DNA of 64,000 nt from Eledone cirrhosa (taxonomy: Eukaryota): assembly GCA_964016885.1 (NCBI GenBank), contig OZ024756.1, positions 14,012,001 through 14,076,000 of the forward strand, read 5' to 3'. The position numbers were made by a program, and so were the translations under genes. The notes beneath the pieces were generated by a model that had not been told where the DNA came from, did no database searches, and saw only the letters and a list, made by a program, of their open reading frames with translations. Positions 26,787-39,700 of this stretch are shown piece after piece; position 1 is the stretch's first letter, and the number at the start of each line of letters is the position of its first letter.

Positions 26787-27552
26787 GTATATATATATAT
26801 AAATATAAGAATCAAAGAACTGTTCAAAACATTATTGTGCTTACAGCTGTTTCCTCCAAACCGAGGGCCCAGCACTATGTGTCAGTGATTGTCACAAGTG
26901 TAGTGTTTGTACCAGAGTTTTCAAGTCGCTGGCTGGACTAAAAAGTCACACTCGTTCAGCGCATCGGTAGGGGTTCTCCTACATGGATATAAAGTAGTGG
27001 CCGTACTCGAAATCGAGTTGGCAGCCACCATGTATATATATATGTATATATATGTATGTATATATATATATATGTATGTCTATATATATGTATATATATG
27101 TATGTATATATATATGTATATGTATGTATATATATATGTATATATATGTATGTATATATGTATATATATGTATGTATATATATATGTATATATATGTATG
27201 TATATATATATGTATATATATGTATGTATATATATATGTATATGTATGTATATATATATGTATATATATGTATATATGTATATGTATGTATATATATATA
27301 TGTATGTATATATATGTATATATATATATGTATGTATATATATGTATATATATATATGTAACTTTGAATAACTTTGAAATGTTTTGGCCAGTATTGGCCC
27401 AGGCCATGTCTAACTTAATAGCACCACCTGGCGAAGTCTTTCAATTCAGGATTTGGGCACCATGGCCCATTCGAGAAGAGAATTACTGTTTGCGGAGACA
27501 TATCCGGGTGTGGGTGGTTTGTCCGGGATTACTTGGAGGAATTTGTCAATGT

Positions 27553-27593
<41 letters not shown>

Positions 27594-27619
27594 TATGTAT
27601 ATATATGTATATATGTATG

Positions 27620-27722
<103 letters not shown>

Positions 27723-27735
27723 GTATATATATATG

Positions 27736-27780
<45 letters not shown>

Positions 27781-27789
27781 GTATATATA

Positions 27790-28758
27790 TGCTTCCGTTA
27801 CCTGGGCGATAAAATCAGCAGTGGGGGAGGGTGCTCTGAAAGTACTGTAGCTAGAGTCAGAACTGGTTGGAAAAAGTTCAGAGAGCTTATACCACTATTA
27901 GCTGCTAAAGGGTTCTCACTAAAAATGAAAGGCAGGTTGTACGATGCCTGCATACGAACAGCAATGCTGCATGGCAGTGAGACCTGGGCATTGTGTGCAG
28001 AGGATATACGCAGACTAGAGAGGAACGAAGCTTGCATGCTCCGCTGGATGTGTAACAGTAATATACGTGAACGGCAAAGCATAAACGAACTAAGGAAAAA
28101 ATTAGAGATAAGAGGGATCAGATGTTGTTTACTCGAGAGAAGGCTACGTTGGTATGGACACGTGATGCGCATGAAAGTCGATAGCTGTATAACAAAGTGC
28201 AGGGCAATAAAGATAGACGGTAGTCACGGAATAGGCAGACCTAGAAAAACCTGGGACGAGCTGATAAACTCCGACATCACACACTTACACCTCTCCAAGA
28301 CAATGTCACTGGACCGAGACCTTTGGCGGTACTCAGTAACAGAGAAGACCCGCCTTACCTAAATATATAGTAAAACCTACTCCAGCCAGTAGGCATCTCT
28401 AACAAAATACACCCCGTCCCACCACCCCCACCCCACCCGATCCACACCACCCCGTTCTATGTAAAGTTATGTTGGTGCCGCGCCATCGAGGCCGAAACAA
28501 ATGAGATCGTGTAGGTGTCACGACAAAAAAACACACAGTCCACGCTGTAATGTGGCCGTGTAGGCAACACGGTAAAAACCTCCCAGACCCACACTGTAAA
28601 TGTGGTTGGTGTTAGGAAGGGCATCCAACTGTAGAAAACCTGCCAGACAGTCCTATGCGAGCAAGACAATCACTCTTGCCTCGAGTGGGACTACCCCCGT
28701 CCAAACCCATGCAAGCGTGGAACACGGACGTTAAACGTTGATGATGATGATGATGATG

Positions 28759-28759
<1 letters not shown>
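27790..28759 (+). mobile_element. 5'-truncated RTE LINE with 3' UTR and (GAT)n tail
   Basis: FRYLGDKIS...MLHGSETW...[11 protein letters not shown]...GRPRKTW to stop 28362; 3' UTR ends acgttgatgatgat. Confidence 0.93.
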
Positions 28760-28790
<31 letters not shown>

Positions 28791-28791
28791 G

Positions 28792-28822
<31 letters not shown>

Positions 28823-28855
28823 ATATATATATGTATGTATATATATATATGTATG

Positions 28856-28911
<56 letters not shown>

Positions 28912-28917
28912 TGTATG

Positions 28918-29006
<89 letters not shown>

Positions 29007-29145
29007 GTATGTATATATGTATGTATATATATAGATGTATGTATATATATAGATGTATGTATATACATATGTATATATATATATACATATACATACAGAT
29101 ATATACACATACATACATATATACATACATATAATATATACATAG

Positions 29146-29176
<31 letters not shown>

Positions 29177-29310
29177 CATATATATATACATATACATATA
29201 TACATAGATATATATATATACATAGATATATATATATGTATATATATATATATATGTATATATATACATACATATATATATATATCTATGTGTATATGTA
29301 TATATATATG

Positions 29311-29361
<51 letters not shown>

Positions 29362-29362
29362 G

Positions 29363-29399
<37 letters not shown>

Positions 29400-29426
29400 A
29401 TATATGTATATGTATATATGTATGTG

Positions 29427-29459
<33 letters not shown>

Positions 29460-29557
29460 CTATGTATATATGTATATGTATGTATGTATATATGTATGTA
29501 TATATATATGTATGTATATGTGTATGTATATATATATGTATGTATATATATATATGT

Positions 29558-29590
<33 letters not shown>

Positions 29591-29924
29591 TATATATATG
29601 TATATATATATATATGTATATGTATATATATATATATCTGTATATGTATATATATATATATCTGTATATGTATATATATATATGTCTGTATATGTATATA
29701 TATATATGTCTGTATATGTATATATATATATGTCTGTATATGTATATATATATGTATATATATATATGTATATATATATGTATATGTATATATATGTATA
29801 TATATGTATATATATGTATATATATGTATATATATATATGTATATATGTATATATATATGTATATTTGTATATGTATATGTATGTATATATATGTATATA
29901 TATATGTATATGTATATATATATG

Positions 29925-29986
<62 letters not shown>
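28760..29986. repeat. long (TA)n/(TG)n microsatellite (others at 22555-23127, 26365-26800, 27030-27360, 27550-27790)
   Basis: direct reading. Confidence 0.95.
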
Positions 29987-29988
<2 letters not shown>

Positions 29989-30168
29989 TAAAGATCCGAA
30001 GGCATGGTATAAATTTCCAATCAATTTAATCACGACACATGTTTCAATAAGAGATAGATCAATCGTGTAGCCATGATCGATTAATCGATCATGGCTACAC
30101 AATCTCTTATTGAAACATGTGTCGTGATTAAATTGATTGGAAATTTATACCATGCCTTCGGATCTTTA
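29989..30168. repeat. fold-back palindrome carrying only the 3' half of a hammerhead
   Basis: arms taaagatccgaagg.../...ccttcggatcttta centred on TTAA 30081-30084; GAAAC-ATGT-GTC in each arm. Confidence 0.85.
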
Positions 30169-30302
30169 TTTTGATGCAAATACTCCGTTTTACATCATCT
30201 AGCTGTTCCCATAAATGGAATTGGAGATATACAAAAGCGTGGAGTACTTAATATTGCTTACAAAAATTTATTGGATCGTTTGACACAACCAATAATACAC
30301 CT

Positions 30303-30346
<44 letters not shown>

Positions 30347-30405
30347 CAAGGCTCTGATACCATCAACACTATACACACAGAGCTGGCATATCTAAGAACT
30401 GACTA

Positions 30406-30461
30406 ACTGCCTGATGAGGTCATAGCCATTCAATGGCTATCATCGAAATATATATAGCAGT
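30406..30461 (+). ncRNA. type I hammerhead ribozyme (minimal, PLE-like)
   Basis: ACTGC-CTGATGA-GGT c ATAGCCATT c AATGGCTAT c ATC-GAAA-TATATA-TA|GCAGT; helix I ACTGC/GCAGT; predicted cleavage after 30456. Confidence 0.88.
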
Positions 30462-30951
30462 AAATAAAGGATTATGAGTTCATGCAATTGACTTATGTTT
30501 CGTCACTATATATATATATATATAATCATCTTTTAAAGCAGCCATTAAATGATGATGATGATATATATAAACAGTTGTGTCCTGCATGGATGTAAAGCAT
30601 GTAATGCATCTCTAACATGTATATATATGAATGCAAATAACAAACCATGTTTAACCTTTAGCACGCTAATAATTTTCATGAGTTGTTTGCCTTGCCACTG
30701 CATTATCTCTTTAAGGGGAGATTATTCTTACGGTGCCCTGTGTCGCCTTCAGGGCATTTAAGGTTAATATACATCTCCCAATTGTTTATGAGAGACATCC
30801 GGAAAGAGAGTTAAATATACATTATATTTTAAGATGGAGGGTTAAATATATATGTACCTCATTTTAAGACAGAGGGTTAACTCTACTTCAATTGTACGGT
30901 TTTAATTGTTAAACTTGCACGCTCTGGCTTAAGTATCGGGAATCATGCCTC

Positions 30952-30988
<37 letters not shown>

Positions 30989-31122
30989 TAGAAGGGGTAT
31001 TTAATTTGTTGGAAGTCCGACAAATATAAATGTTTATAACTGATTTAGAGCACTCAACTGGTTACTGGAGTAAATATTCAATGATATTAAATAAATGGAA
31101 ACTATATTTATAAAACCATATT

Positions 31123-31185
31123 TATTTTATTATATATATTTCAAGGGTACCAAAACACATTGGTACGCTTTCTTCAGATAAAATA
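31123..31185 (-). ncRNA. type I hammerhead ribozyme, left arm of palindrome
   Basis: rc: TATTTTAT-CTGAAGA-AAG c GTACCAA..TTGGTAC c CTT-GAAA-TATATA-TA|ATAAAATA. Confidence 0.85.
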
Positions 31186-31297
31186 CAAAGTTTGTTTTAT
31201 AAATAGAGACATATCGGTTGGATATTCTCTGGATAGAATATCCAACTGATAAGGTATGATTTTCATGGGTATGTCTCTATTTATAAAACAAACTTTG

Positions 31298-31360
31298 TAT
31301 TTTATCTGAGGAAAGCGTACCAATGTGTTTTGGTACCCTTGAAATATATATAATAAAATA
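31298..31360 (+). ncRNA. type I hammerhead ribozyme, right arm of palindrome
   Basis: TATTTTAT-CTGAGGA-AAG c GTACCAA..TTGGTAC c CTT-GAAA-TATATA-TA|ATAAAATA; predicted cleavage after 31352. Confidence 0.85.
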
Positions 31361-31425
31361 AATATGGTTCTATAAATATAGTTTCCATTTATTTAATATC
31401 ATTATATATATATATATATATATAT

Positions 31426-31962
31426 ATCATCATCATCATCGTTTAACGTCTATCTTTCACACTAGCATGGGTTTAGACGGGAATTGTCCCACTTGAGGCA
31501 AGATTGGTCATCTCGCTCGTAAAGGACTGTCTGGCGGGTTTTCTACAGCTGGATGCCCCTTCCTAACTCCAACCACGTTTACAGTGTGGACTGGGAGGTT
31601 TTTACCGTGTTACCTACATGGCCACATTACAGCGTGGACCGTATGTTTTTTTGTCGTGACACCTACACGACCTCATTTATTTAGGACTGGATGTTGTGGT
31701 ACCAACATAACTTTACAGAGAGAGGGGTGGTGTTGATGGTGGGGGTGGGAGTAGGGGTAGTGGGATGGGGGTGTATATTTGGTTAAGAGGTGCCTACTGA
31801 CTGTAGGTTTTGCTTTGTACATAGGCAAGGCGGGTTTTCTGTATTACTGCATAGCGCCAAAGATCTCGGTCCAGTGACATTGTCTTGGAGAGGTGTAAGT
31901 GTGTAAGGTCGGTATTTATCAAATCATCCCAGGTTTTTCTGGGTCTACCTACTCCGTAAACT
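31426..31962 (-). mobile_element. RTE LINE 3' end
   Basis: [35 protein letters not shown] plus the same 3' UTR and (GAT)n tail as 28362-28759. Confidence 0.9.
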
Positions 31963-31982
31963 CTATATATATATATACACAT

Positions 31983-32091
<109 letters not shown>

Positions 32092-32190
32092 CCCCCCATA
32101 CACACACACATATGTATATATACATACAGGTATGTGCAGCCATTCACACATATGCACCCCCACACACGCATATATATATATATATATATA

Positions 32191-32490
32191 CTAGTGTAGT
32201 ACCTGTCAAAAATGATAGGTTATATAATAAAATATATTTAATTTAATAATTCCTTGAATACAACATTCTGTGAAAAGATACTTTAATCCTCAATTCATTT
32301 ACAATAATTTTCTTCCATATTTTCTTTAATCTGCCATATATGCCCTAAATTCCTATCACTTTGTTTTACCTACTTATTTACCTTACCTATTTATTACTAT
32401 CTCTCTGTTTTCTGACTGCTAATAGAATTTGTGCTTTGTTTGTTATGCTGTTATTATATTATCCAAAGATATATACAACGGTACATATCT
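32191..32490 (-). mobile_element. Helitron-like 3' end
   Basis: rc hairpin acctatcatttttgacaggt followed by actacaCTAG-T; 5' boundary uncertain. Confidence 0.55.
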
Positions 32491-32496
32491 ATAGCT

Positions 32497-32682
32497 ATGG
32501 ATTGGCAGTATCGGTAGAGGGTTGGGCGCCATGCTTTCCAGCATAGTTACGTCCCTTTACGATCTGAGTTCAAATCCCGCCGAGGTTAACTTTGCCTTTC
32601 ATCCTTACGGGGTCGATAAAATAAAGTACCAGTAACGCACTGGGTAATTGCTGGCCATGTGCCTAAAGTAGAAACAATTATA
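32497..32682 (+). mobile_element. SINE family B copy
   Basis: same sequence; further copies 49586-49725(-), 52740-53160(+, interrupted), 53160-53345(+), 59320-59516(-). Confidence 0.88.
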
Positions 32683-33077
32683 TAGTAAGCGAGATAAGAT
32701 ACTTTTACCTGTTGCATGACCCCATGTACACCTGAAATAAAACCAGCATGGCACCCAATAATGTATACATTCGCAGAATTAAAAACAAGCTAAAAATTTG
32801 TGCAGTACAGACAAGCTGACGAGAACATCTTTTTACTAGAAATAGCAGTCAATTTAAACACGTCTATCAACTTGACATTTAAGGAGCAGCAATTCATTGC
32901 TTAGAACATAATTCTGAGAAGCTTCGTCATCATCATCACTGTTTAACGTCCATTTTTCCATGCTAGTATGGGTTAGACAGGTTGTCTTATGAGAAATGCC
33001 AGGTCAGGTGATCATAACTTGCTCATATAGAATTGCTTTTGGCTTGGTTGCTACAGCCCTTTCTAGTGCCAACCTCA

Positions 33078-34395
33078 TTTACAGTGTGGGCTGGGTGCTT
33101 TTTGTCATGACACCTACATAACTACTTTACAGTGTGTACTAGGTGCTTTTTGTCATGACACCTACATAACTACTTTACAGTGTGTACTGGGTGCTTTTTG
33201 TCATGACACCTACATAACTACTTTACAGTGTGTACTGGGTGCTTTTTGTCATGACACCTACATAATTACTTTACAGTGTGTACTGGGTGCTTTTTGTCAT
33301 GACACCTACATAACTACTTTACAGTGTGTACTGGGTGCTTTTTGTCATGACACCTACATAACTACTTTACAGTGTGTACTGGGTACTTTTTGTCATGACA
33401 CCTACATAACTACTTTACAGTGTGTACTGGGTGCTTTTTGTCATGACACCTACATAATTACTTTACAGTGTGGGCTGGGTGCTTTTTGTCATGACACCTA
33501 CATAACTACTTTACAGTGTGGCCTGGGTGCTTTTTGTCATGACACCTACATAAGTACTTTATAGTGTGTACTGGGTACTTTTTGTCATGACACCTACATA
33601 ACTACTTTACAGTGTGTACTGGGTGCTTTTTGTCATGACACCTACATAACTACTTTATAGTGTGTACTGGGTGCTTTTTGTCATGACTCCTACATAATTA
33701 CTTTACAGTGTGGGCTGGGTGCTTTTTGTCATGACACCTACATAATTACTTTACAGTGTGGCCTGGGTGCTTTTTGTCATGACACCTACATAAGTACTTT
33801 ATAGTGTGTACTGGGTGCTTTTTGTCATGACACCTACATAACTACTTTACAGTGTGTACTGGGTGCTTTTTGTCATGACACCTACATAACTACTTTACAG
33901 TGTGGCCTGGGTGCTTTTTGTCATGACACCTACATAACTACTTTACAGTGTGTACTGGGTGCTTTTTGTCATGACACCTACATAACTACTTTACAGTGTG
34001 GGCTGGGTGCTTTTTGTCATGACACCTACATAACTACTTTACAGTGTGTACTGGGTGCTTTTTGTCATGACACCTACATAACTACTTTACAGTGTGGGCT
34101 GGGTGCTTTTTGTCATGACACCTACATAACTACTTTACAGTGTGTACTGGGTGCTTTTTGTCATGACACCTACATAACTACTTTACAGTGTGTACTGGGT
34201 GCTTTTTGTCATGACACCTACATAACTACTTTACAGTGTGTACTGGGTACTTTTTGTCATGACACCTACATAACTACTTTACAGTGTGTACTGGGTGCTT
34301 TTTGTCATGACACCTACATAACTACTTTACAGTGTGTACTGGGTGCTTTTTGTGATGACACCTACATAACTACTTTACAGTGTGTACTGGGTGCA
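33078..34395. repeat. 48-bp minisatellite (~27 copies)
   Basis: tttacagtgtgtactgggtgctttttgtcatgacacctacataactac; same origin as 625-975. Confidence 0.95.
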
Positions 34396-34409
34396 ATGAC
34401 ATGTATGCC

Positions 34410-35340
34410 ACCCTCTTTCTATGAGCGGTCAGGCTGCTGAAAAGAAGAGGCCTCGGGCGTATCCAGGGTACCATGGATGAACCTGATGAGTGTCACAGTT
34501 GCACTATATGGGGGATAGCAACACATTGAGGTGGCCATGTCGGAGACCACCTTTGTTAGTGGGGTGGAGAATGCTGTCCTCCACCCCATCTTTTCTGGTG
34601 GGGTGGAGGATGCTGTCCGCCATGGTGACCACTTTAACATCACCCTCGATTAGGTTGGCGTTTATACAATCATGTAAACACTTTGTGCCTGAGGATAGAG
34701 GGCACCTCAGAGCAGAGGGTGTGGCGTCCTTGGGCACACTTGGGATGGGTGCTTGCCCAAAGGACAAAACATTGGCCTTGACAAAAGCTGCTGTCAACAG
34801 TCTGCCTCGGTCAGTGCCAGTGTTGGGGAGGCCAAGGGCATGTGGGGCGAAATGGAAGAGGTGCTCCCAATCACTGGCTTGATTAGTGTCCAGAGCCCTC
34901 TCAATTGAGGATGCAAGGGCATTGGCTATTGGCACCCAGGCAGCTTTCGGGATCTTGAGCGGAATCTTCTGGAACCGCCTGAGCCAAGTGATGTCGACCA
35001 GTAAGGCTTGAGCATCAGACAAGCTCGCTGTCTCATCTAATGGTGTAGAGGACAGCTGCGGTTGTGTAGACGAGGGGAAGAGACAGTTGGTGCATCTCCA
35101 CGCTGCGACGGCACTGGAGGCTCAACGCATCAAGCCAGCAAGCCTGTTTGTGGTAGTGCATGTACTGCAGGTGTCACCTGGTGGGGTAGAGCATGCAGCT
35201 GGGGACTGGAGCAGTATGCAGCAACATGGGTGTGTGGCTGGTTGTCTTCGGCCAGGGCGCTTAACTCAACAGTGGGTGGGTTGAGGGTAGAAACTGGAAT
35301 CACGAGGAAGTAGGCAGGGTGACGATATGAAGGAGGCATC
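34410..35340 (-). mobile_element. probable CRE-clade (RLE) non-LTR retrotransposon fragment, pre-RT region
   Basis: KIPKAAWVPIANAL...NQASDWEHLFHFAPHALGLP...LIEGDVK resembles, from recall, the region preceding the RT in metazoan CRE elements; GC-rich island. Confidence 0.55.
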
Positions 35341-35724
35341 ATATCTCACCTAAACCAGATCTGAAGGCAACAGAGGACACCCCCCAACCTCCACCCCACC
35401 CCGCAAAGGGGGGGGGGGGGGGGTTGGAGGCATGGAAGGGGACCTAAAAAAAAAACGGGTGTTCAAGTGGAAAATCTTAGAGATCTATATGTAAGGTTGC
35501 TCTTGAGTGCTAATGGCAGCATGTAACCCAGTACACCTTGTCACATGGTCGAGTCATCAGCAACTAAACCGGCAACCCTACCAAGCTTGCTTGGCGAGGA
35601 GGGTGACACCCTGCAGGACGATAAACAAAACCTGACAATGGGCAGAACATCTATATGTATATATGTATCTACACATACATATATATATATACATGCACTC
35701 ACCAACACACACCCATTGTTTTGT

Positions 35725-35757
<33 letters not shown>

Positions 35758-35793
35758 GCTTGTTTATAATCAATTTTTCTTTATTTCTTGTAG

Positions 35794-35894
35794 AATATGA
35801 TAAGCGTACATTATGGACGACATTACCCGGCGGTCTCTACATCTTCCTCACCTTTGGTATCTTACTAATGGCTGAACTACTTCATAAAAGATGA
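35794..35894 (+). CDS. GK: glycerol kinase terminal exon, hydrophobic tail anchor (EYDKRTLWTTLPGGLYIFLTFGILLMAELLHKR*)
   Basis: strong pyrimidine tract + cttgtag; phase matches the previous exon; resembles the hydrophobic C-terminus of vertebrate GK; TGA at 35892-35894. Confidence 0.8.
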
Positions 35895-36349
35895 CAATAG
35901 CTGCTCTTTAGTTCATCACAATTTGGGGTTTTTCAATTGTTTGGGGTTGGGAATTCATTATTGTTGTTAATTAAAAACTGAACAGCTTTTTTTTTTTTTT
36001 GTCTGAACTGTTGTAGTTGTTGTTTATTTGTTTCCTTCTTCACAATGTTGTTGTTGTTGTTGTCTTAATGTTGTTGCTGTTCTTGTTATTGTCATCATGA
36101 TGATGTGTATTTATCTTCATGAGGTTGTTGTTGTTGTTTATTTGTTTCCTTCTTCACAATGTTGTTGTTGTTGTTGTCTTAATGTTGTTGCTGTTCTTGT
36201 TATTGTCATCATGATGATGTGTATTTATCTTCATGAGGTTGTTGTTGTTGTTTTTGTTGTTGTTTAGTCACTGGCCAGCCCTGATTGAGCAGATCTATGA
36301 TAGAAGGTCCAACTGGTGACCAGTCAGATCTTTTGTTTATCTGGGAGTA

Positions 36350-36380
<31 letters not shown>

Positions 36381-36717
36381 CAATCTATCCTTCCTTTTGT
36401 TAAGTCAGTAGGCTCTAGTTTGAAGCAATTTAACTGCTATATCTAGCAACCAAAGAAGGGAGCCGCTGCAACCCATGATCGTTCAACCTGCTAGAAACTG
36501 TAGTTAAACCTCCCTCAAACCACACCCGATTACATCAGGTCAGATTTAATTGAGCAAACCTATGATGAAAATGGTTTTGTAACTATCGCAACATGTCCGG
36601 GCATTATATTCGGTATAAGATAAATTAAATGTATTGTACAAGAGAAATGGTTGCACTGGTATGGTCATGTGATGTGTAAGGAAATTTGGGGTTTCTGTTT
36701 GAAGTGAATGGTGCCTA

Positions 36718-39700
36718 TAGAAGAGGGAAAACTGAGATGACATAGAAGGAATAAAGAATTACTGGTACCTGTAGAAGAGGGAGAACTAAGACATAGAAGG
36801 AATAAAGAATTACTGGTACCTGTAGAAGAGGGACAACTAAGACATAGAAGGAATGGAGAATTACTGGTACCTGTAGAAGAGGGAGAACTAAGACATAGAA
36901 GGAATGGAGAATTACTGGTACCTGTAGAAGAGGGACAACTAAGACATAGAAGGAATAAAGAATTACTGGTACCTGTAGAAGAGGGAGAACTAAGACATAG
37001 AAGGAATAAAGAATTACTGGTACCTGTAGAAGAGGGACAACTAAGACATAGAAGGAATAAAGAATTACTGGTACCTGTAGAAGAGGGACAACTAAGACAT
37101 AGAAGGAATGGAGAATTACTGGTACCTGTAGAAGAGGGAGAACTAAGACATAGAAGGAATAAAGAATTACTGATACCTGTAGAAGAGGGACAACTAAGAC
37201 ATAGAAGGAATAAAGAATTACTGGTACCTGTAGAAGAGGGACAACTAAGACATAGAAGGAATGGAGAATTACTGGTACCTGTAGAAGAGGGAGAACTAAG
37301 ACATAGAAGGAATGGAGAATTACTGGTACCTGTAGAAGAGGGACAACTAAGACATAGAAGGAATGGAGAATTACTGGTACCTGTAGAAGAGGGACAACTA
37401 AGACATAGAAGGAATGGAGAATTACTGGTACCTGTAGAAGAGGGACAACTAAGACATAGAAGGAATGGAGAATTACTGGTACCTGTAGAAGAGGGACAAC
37501 TAAGACATAGAAGGAATGGAGAATTACTGGTACCTGTAGAAGAGGGACAACTAAGACATAGAAGGAATGGAGAATTACTGGTACCTGTAGAAGAGGGAGA
37601 ACTAAGACATAGAAGGAATGGAGAATTACTGGTACCTGTAGAAGGGGGAGAACTAAGACATAGAAGGAATGGAGAATTACTGGTACCTGTAGAAGGGGGA
37701 GAACTAAGACATAGAAGGAATGGAGAATTACTGGTACCTGTAGAAGGGGGAGAACTAAGACATAGAAGGAATGGAGAATTACTGGTACCTGTAGAAGGGG
37801 GAGAACTAAGACATAGAAGGAATGGAGAATTACTGGTACCTGTAGAAGGGGGAGAACTAAGACATAGAAGGAATGGAGAATTACTGGTACCTGTAGAAGG
37901 GGGAGAACTAAGACATAGAAGGAATGGAGAATTACTGGTACCTGTAGAAGGGGGAGAACTAAGACATAGAAGGGGGAGAACTAAGACATAGAAGGAATGG
38001 AGAATTACTGGTACCTGTAGAAGGGGGAGAACTAAGACATAGAAGGAATGGAGAATTACTGGTACCTGTAGAAGGGGGAGAACTAAGACATAGAAGGAAT
38101 GGAGAATTACTGGTACCTGTAGAAGGGGGAGAACTAAGACATAGAAGGAATGGAGAATTACTGGTACCTGTAGAAGGGGGAGAACTAAGACATAGAAGGA
38201 ATGGAGAATTACTGGTACCTGTAGAAGGGGGAGAACTAAGACATAGAAGGAATGGAGAATTACTGGTACCTGTAGAAGGGGGAGAACTAAGACATAGAAG
38301 GAATGGAGAATTACTGGTACCTGTAGAAGGGGGAGAACTAAGACATAGAAGGAATGGAGAATTACTGGTACCTGTAGAAGGGGGAGAACTAAGACATAGA
38401 AGGAATAAAGAATTACTGGTACCTGTAGAAGAGGGAGAACTAAGACATAGAAGGAATGGAGAATTACTGGTACCTGTAGAAGAGGGACAACTAAGACATA
38501 GAAGGAATAAAGAATTACTGGTACCTGTAGAAGAGGGACAACTAAGACATAGAAGGAATAAAGAATTACTGGTACCTGTAGAAGGGGGAGAACTAAGACA
38601 TAGAAGGAATAAAGAATTACTGGTACCTGTAGAAGAGGGACAACTAAGACATAGAAGGAATAAAGAATTACTGGTACCTGTAGAAGAGGGAGAACTAAGA
38701 CATAGAAGGAATAAAGAATTACTGGTACCTGTAGAAGAGGGAGAACTAAGACATAGAAGGAATAAAGAATTACTGGTACCTGTAGAAGAGGGAGAACTAA
38801 GACATAGAAGGAATGGAGAATTACTGGTACCTGTAGAAGAGGGACAACTAAGACATAGAAGGAATAAAGAATTACTGGTACCTGTAGAAGAGGGACAACT
38901 AAGACATAGAAGGAATAAAGAATTACTGGTACCTGTAGAAGAGGGACAACTAAGACATAGAAGGAATAAAGAATTACTGGTACCTGTAGAAGGGGGAGAA
39001 CTAAGACATAGAAGGAATAAAGAATTACTGGTACCTGTAGAAGGGGGAGAACTAAGACATAGAAGGAATAAAGAATTACTGGTACCTGTAGAAGGGGGAG
39101 AACTAAGACATAGAAGGAATAAAGAATTACTGGTACCTGTAGAAGAGGGACAACTAAGACATAGAAGGAATAAAGAATTACTGGTACCTGTAGAAGGGGG
39201 AGAACTAAGACATAGAAGGAATAAAGAATTACTGGTACCTGTAGAAGGGGGAGAACTAAGACATAGAAGGAATAAAGAATTACTGGTACCTGTAGAAGAG
39301 GGACAACTAAGACATAGAAGGAATAAAGAATTACTGGTACCTGTAGAAGGGGGACAACTAAGACATAGAAGGAATGGAGAATTACTGGTACCTGTAGAAG
39401 AGGGAGAACTAAGACATAGAAGGAATGGAGAATTACTGGTACCTGTAAAAGAGGGACAACTGAGATGACATAGAAGGAATGGAGAATTACTGGTACCTGT
39501 AGAAGGGGGAGAACTAAGACATAGAAGGAATGGAGAATTACTGGTACCTGTAGAAGGGGGAGAACTAAGACATAGAAGGAATGGAGAATTACTGGTACCT
39601 GTAGAAGAGGGACAACTAAGACATAGAAGGAATGGAGAATTACTGGTACCTGTAGAAGAGGGAGAACTAAGACATAGAAGGAATGGAGAATTACTGGTAC

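Larger units (their letters stand above)
30988..31403. mobile_element. fold-back (inverted pLTR-like) element with paired hammerheads; putative Penelope-like derivative
   Basis: inverted arms within 31081-31403 plus one-sided extension 30988-31080; flanked by (TA)n; second copy at 49740-50112 in opposite orientation. Confidence 0.75.

Noticed and set aside
36010-36250. 114-bp tandem duplication downstream of the GK stop (also a 50-bp duplication at ~4360-4460)
   Set aside because: Simple local duplications with no further structure.
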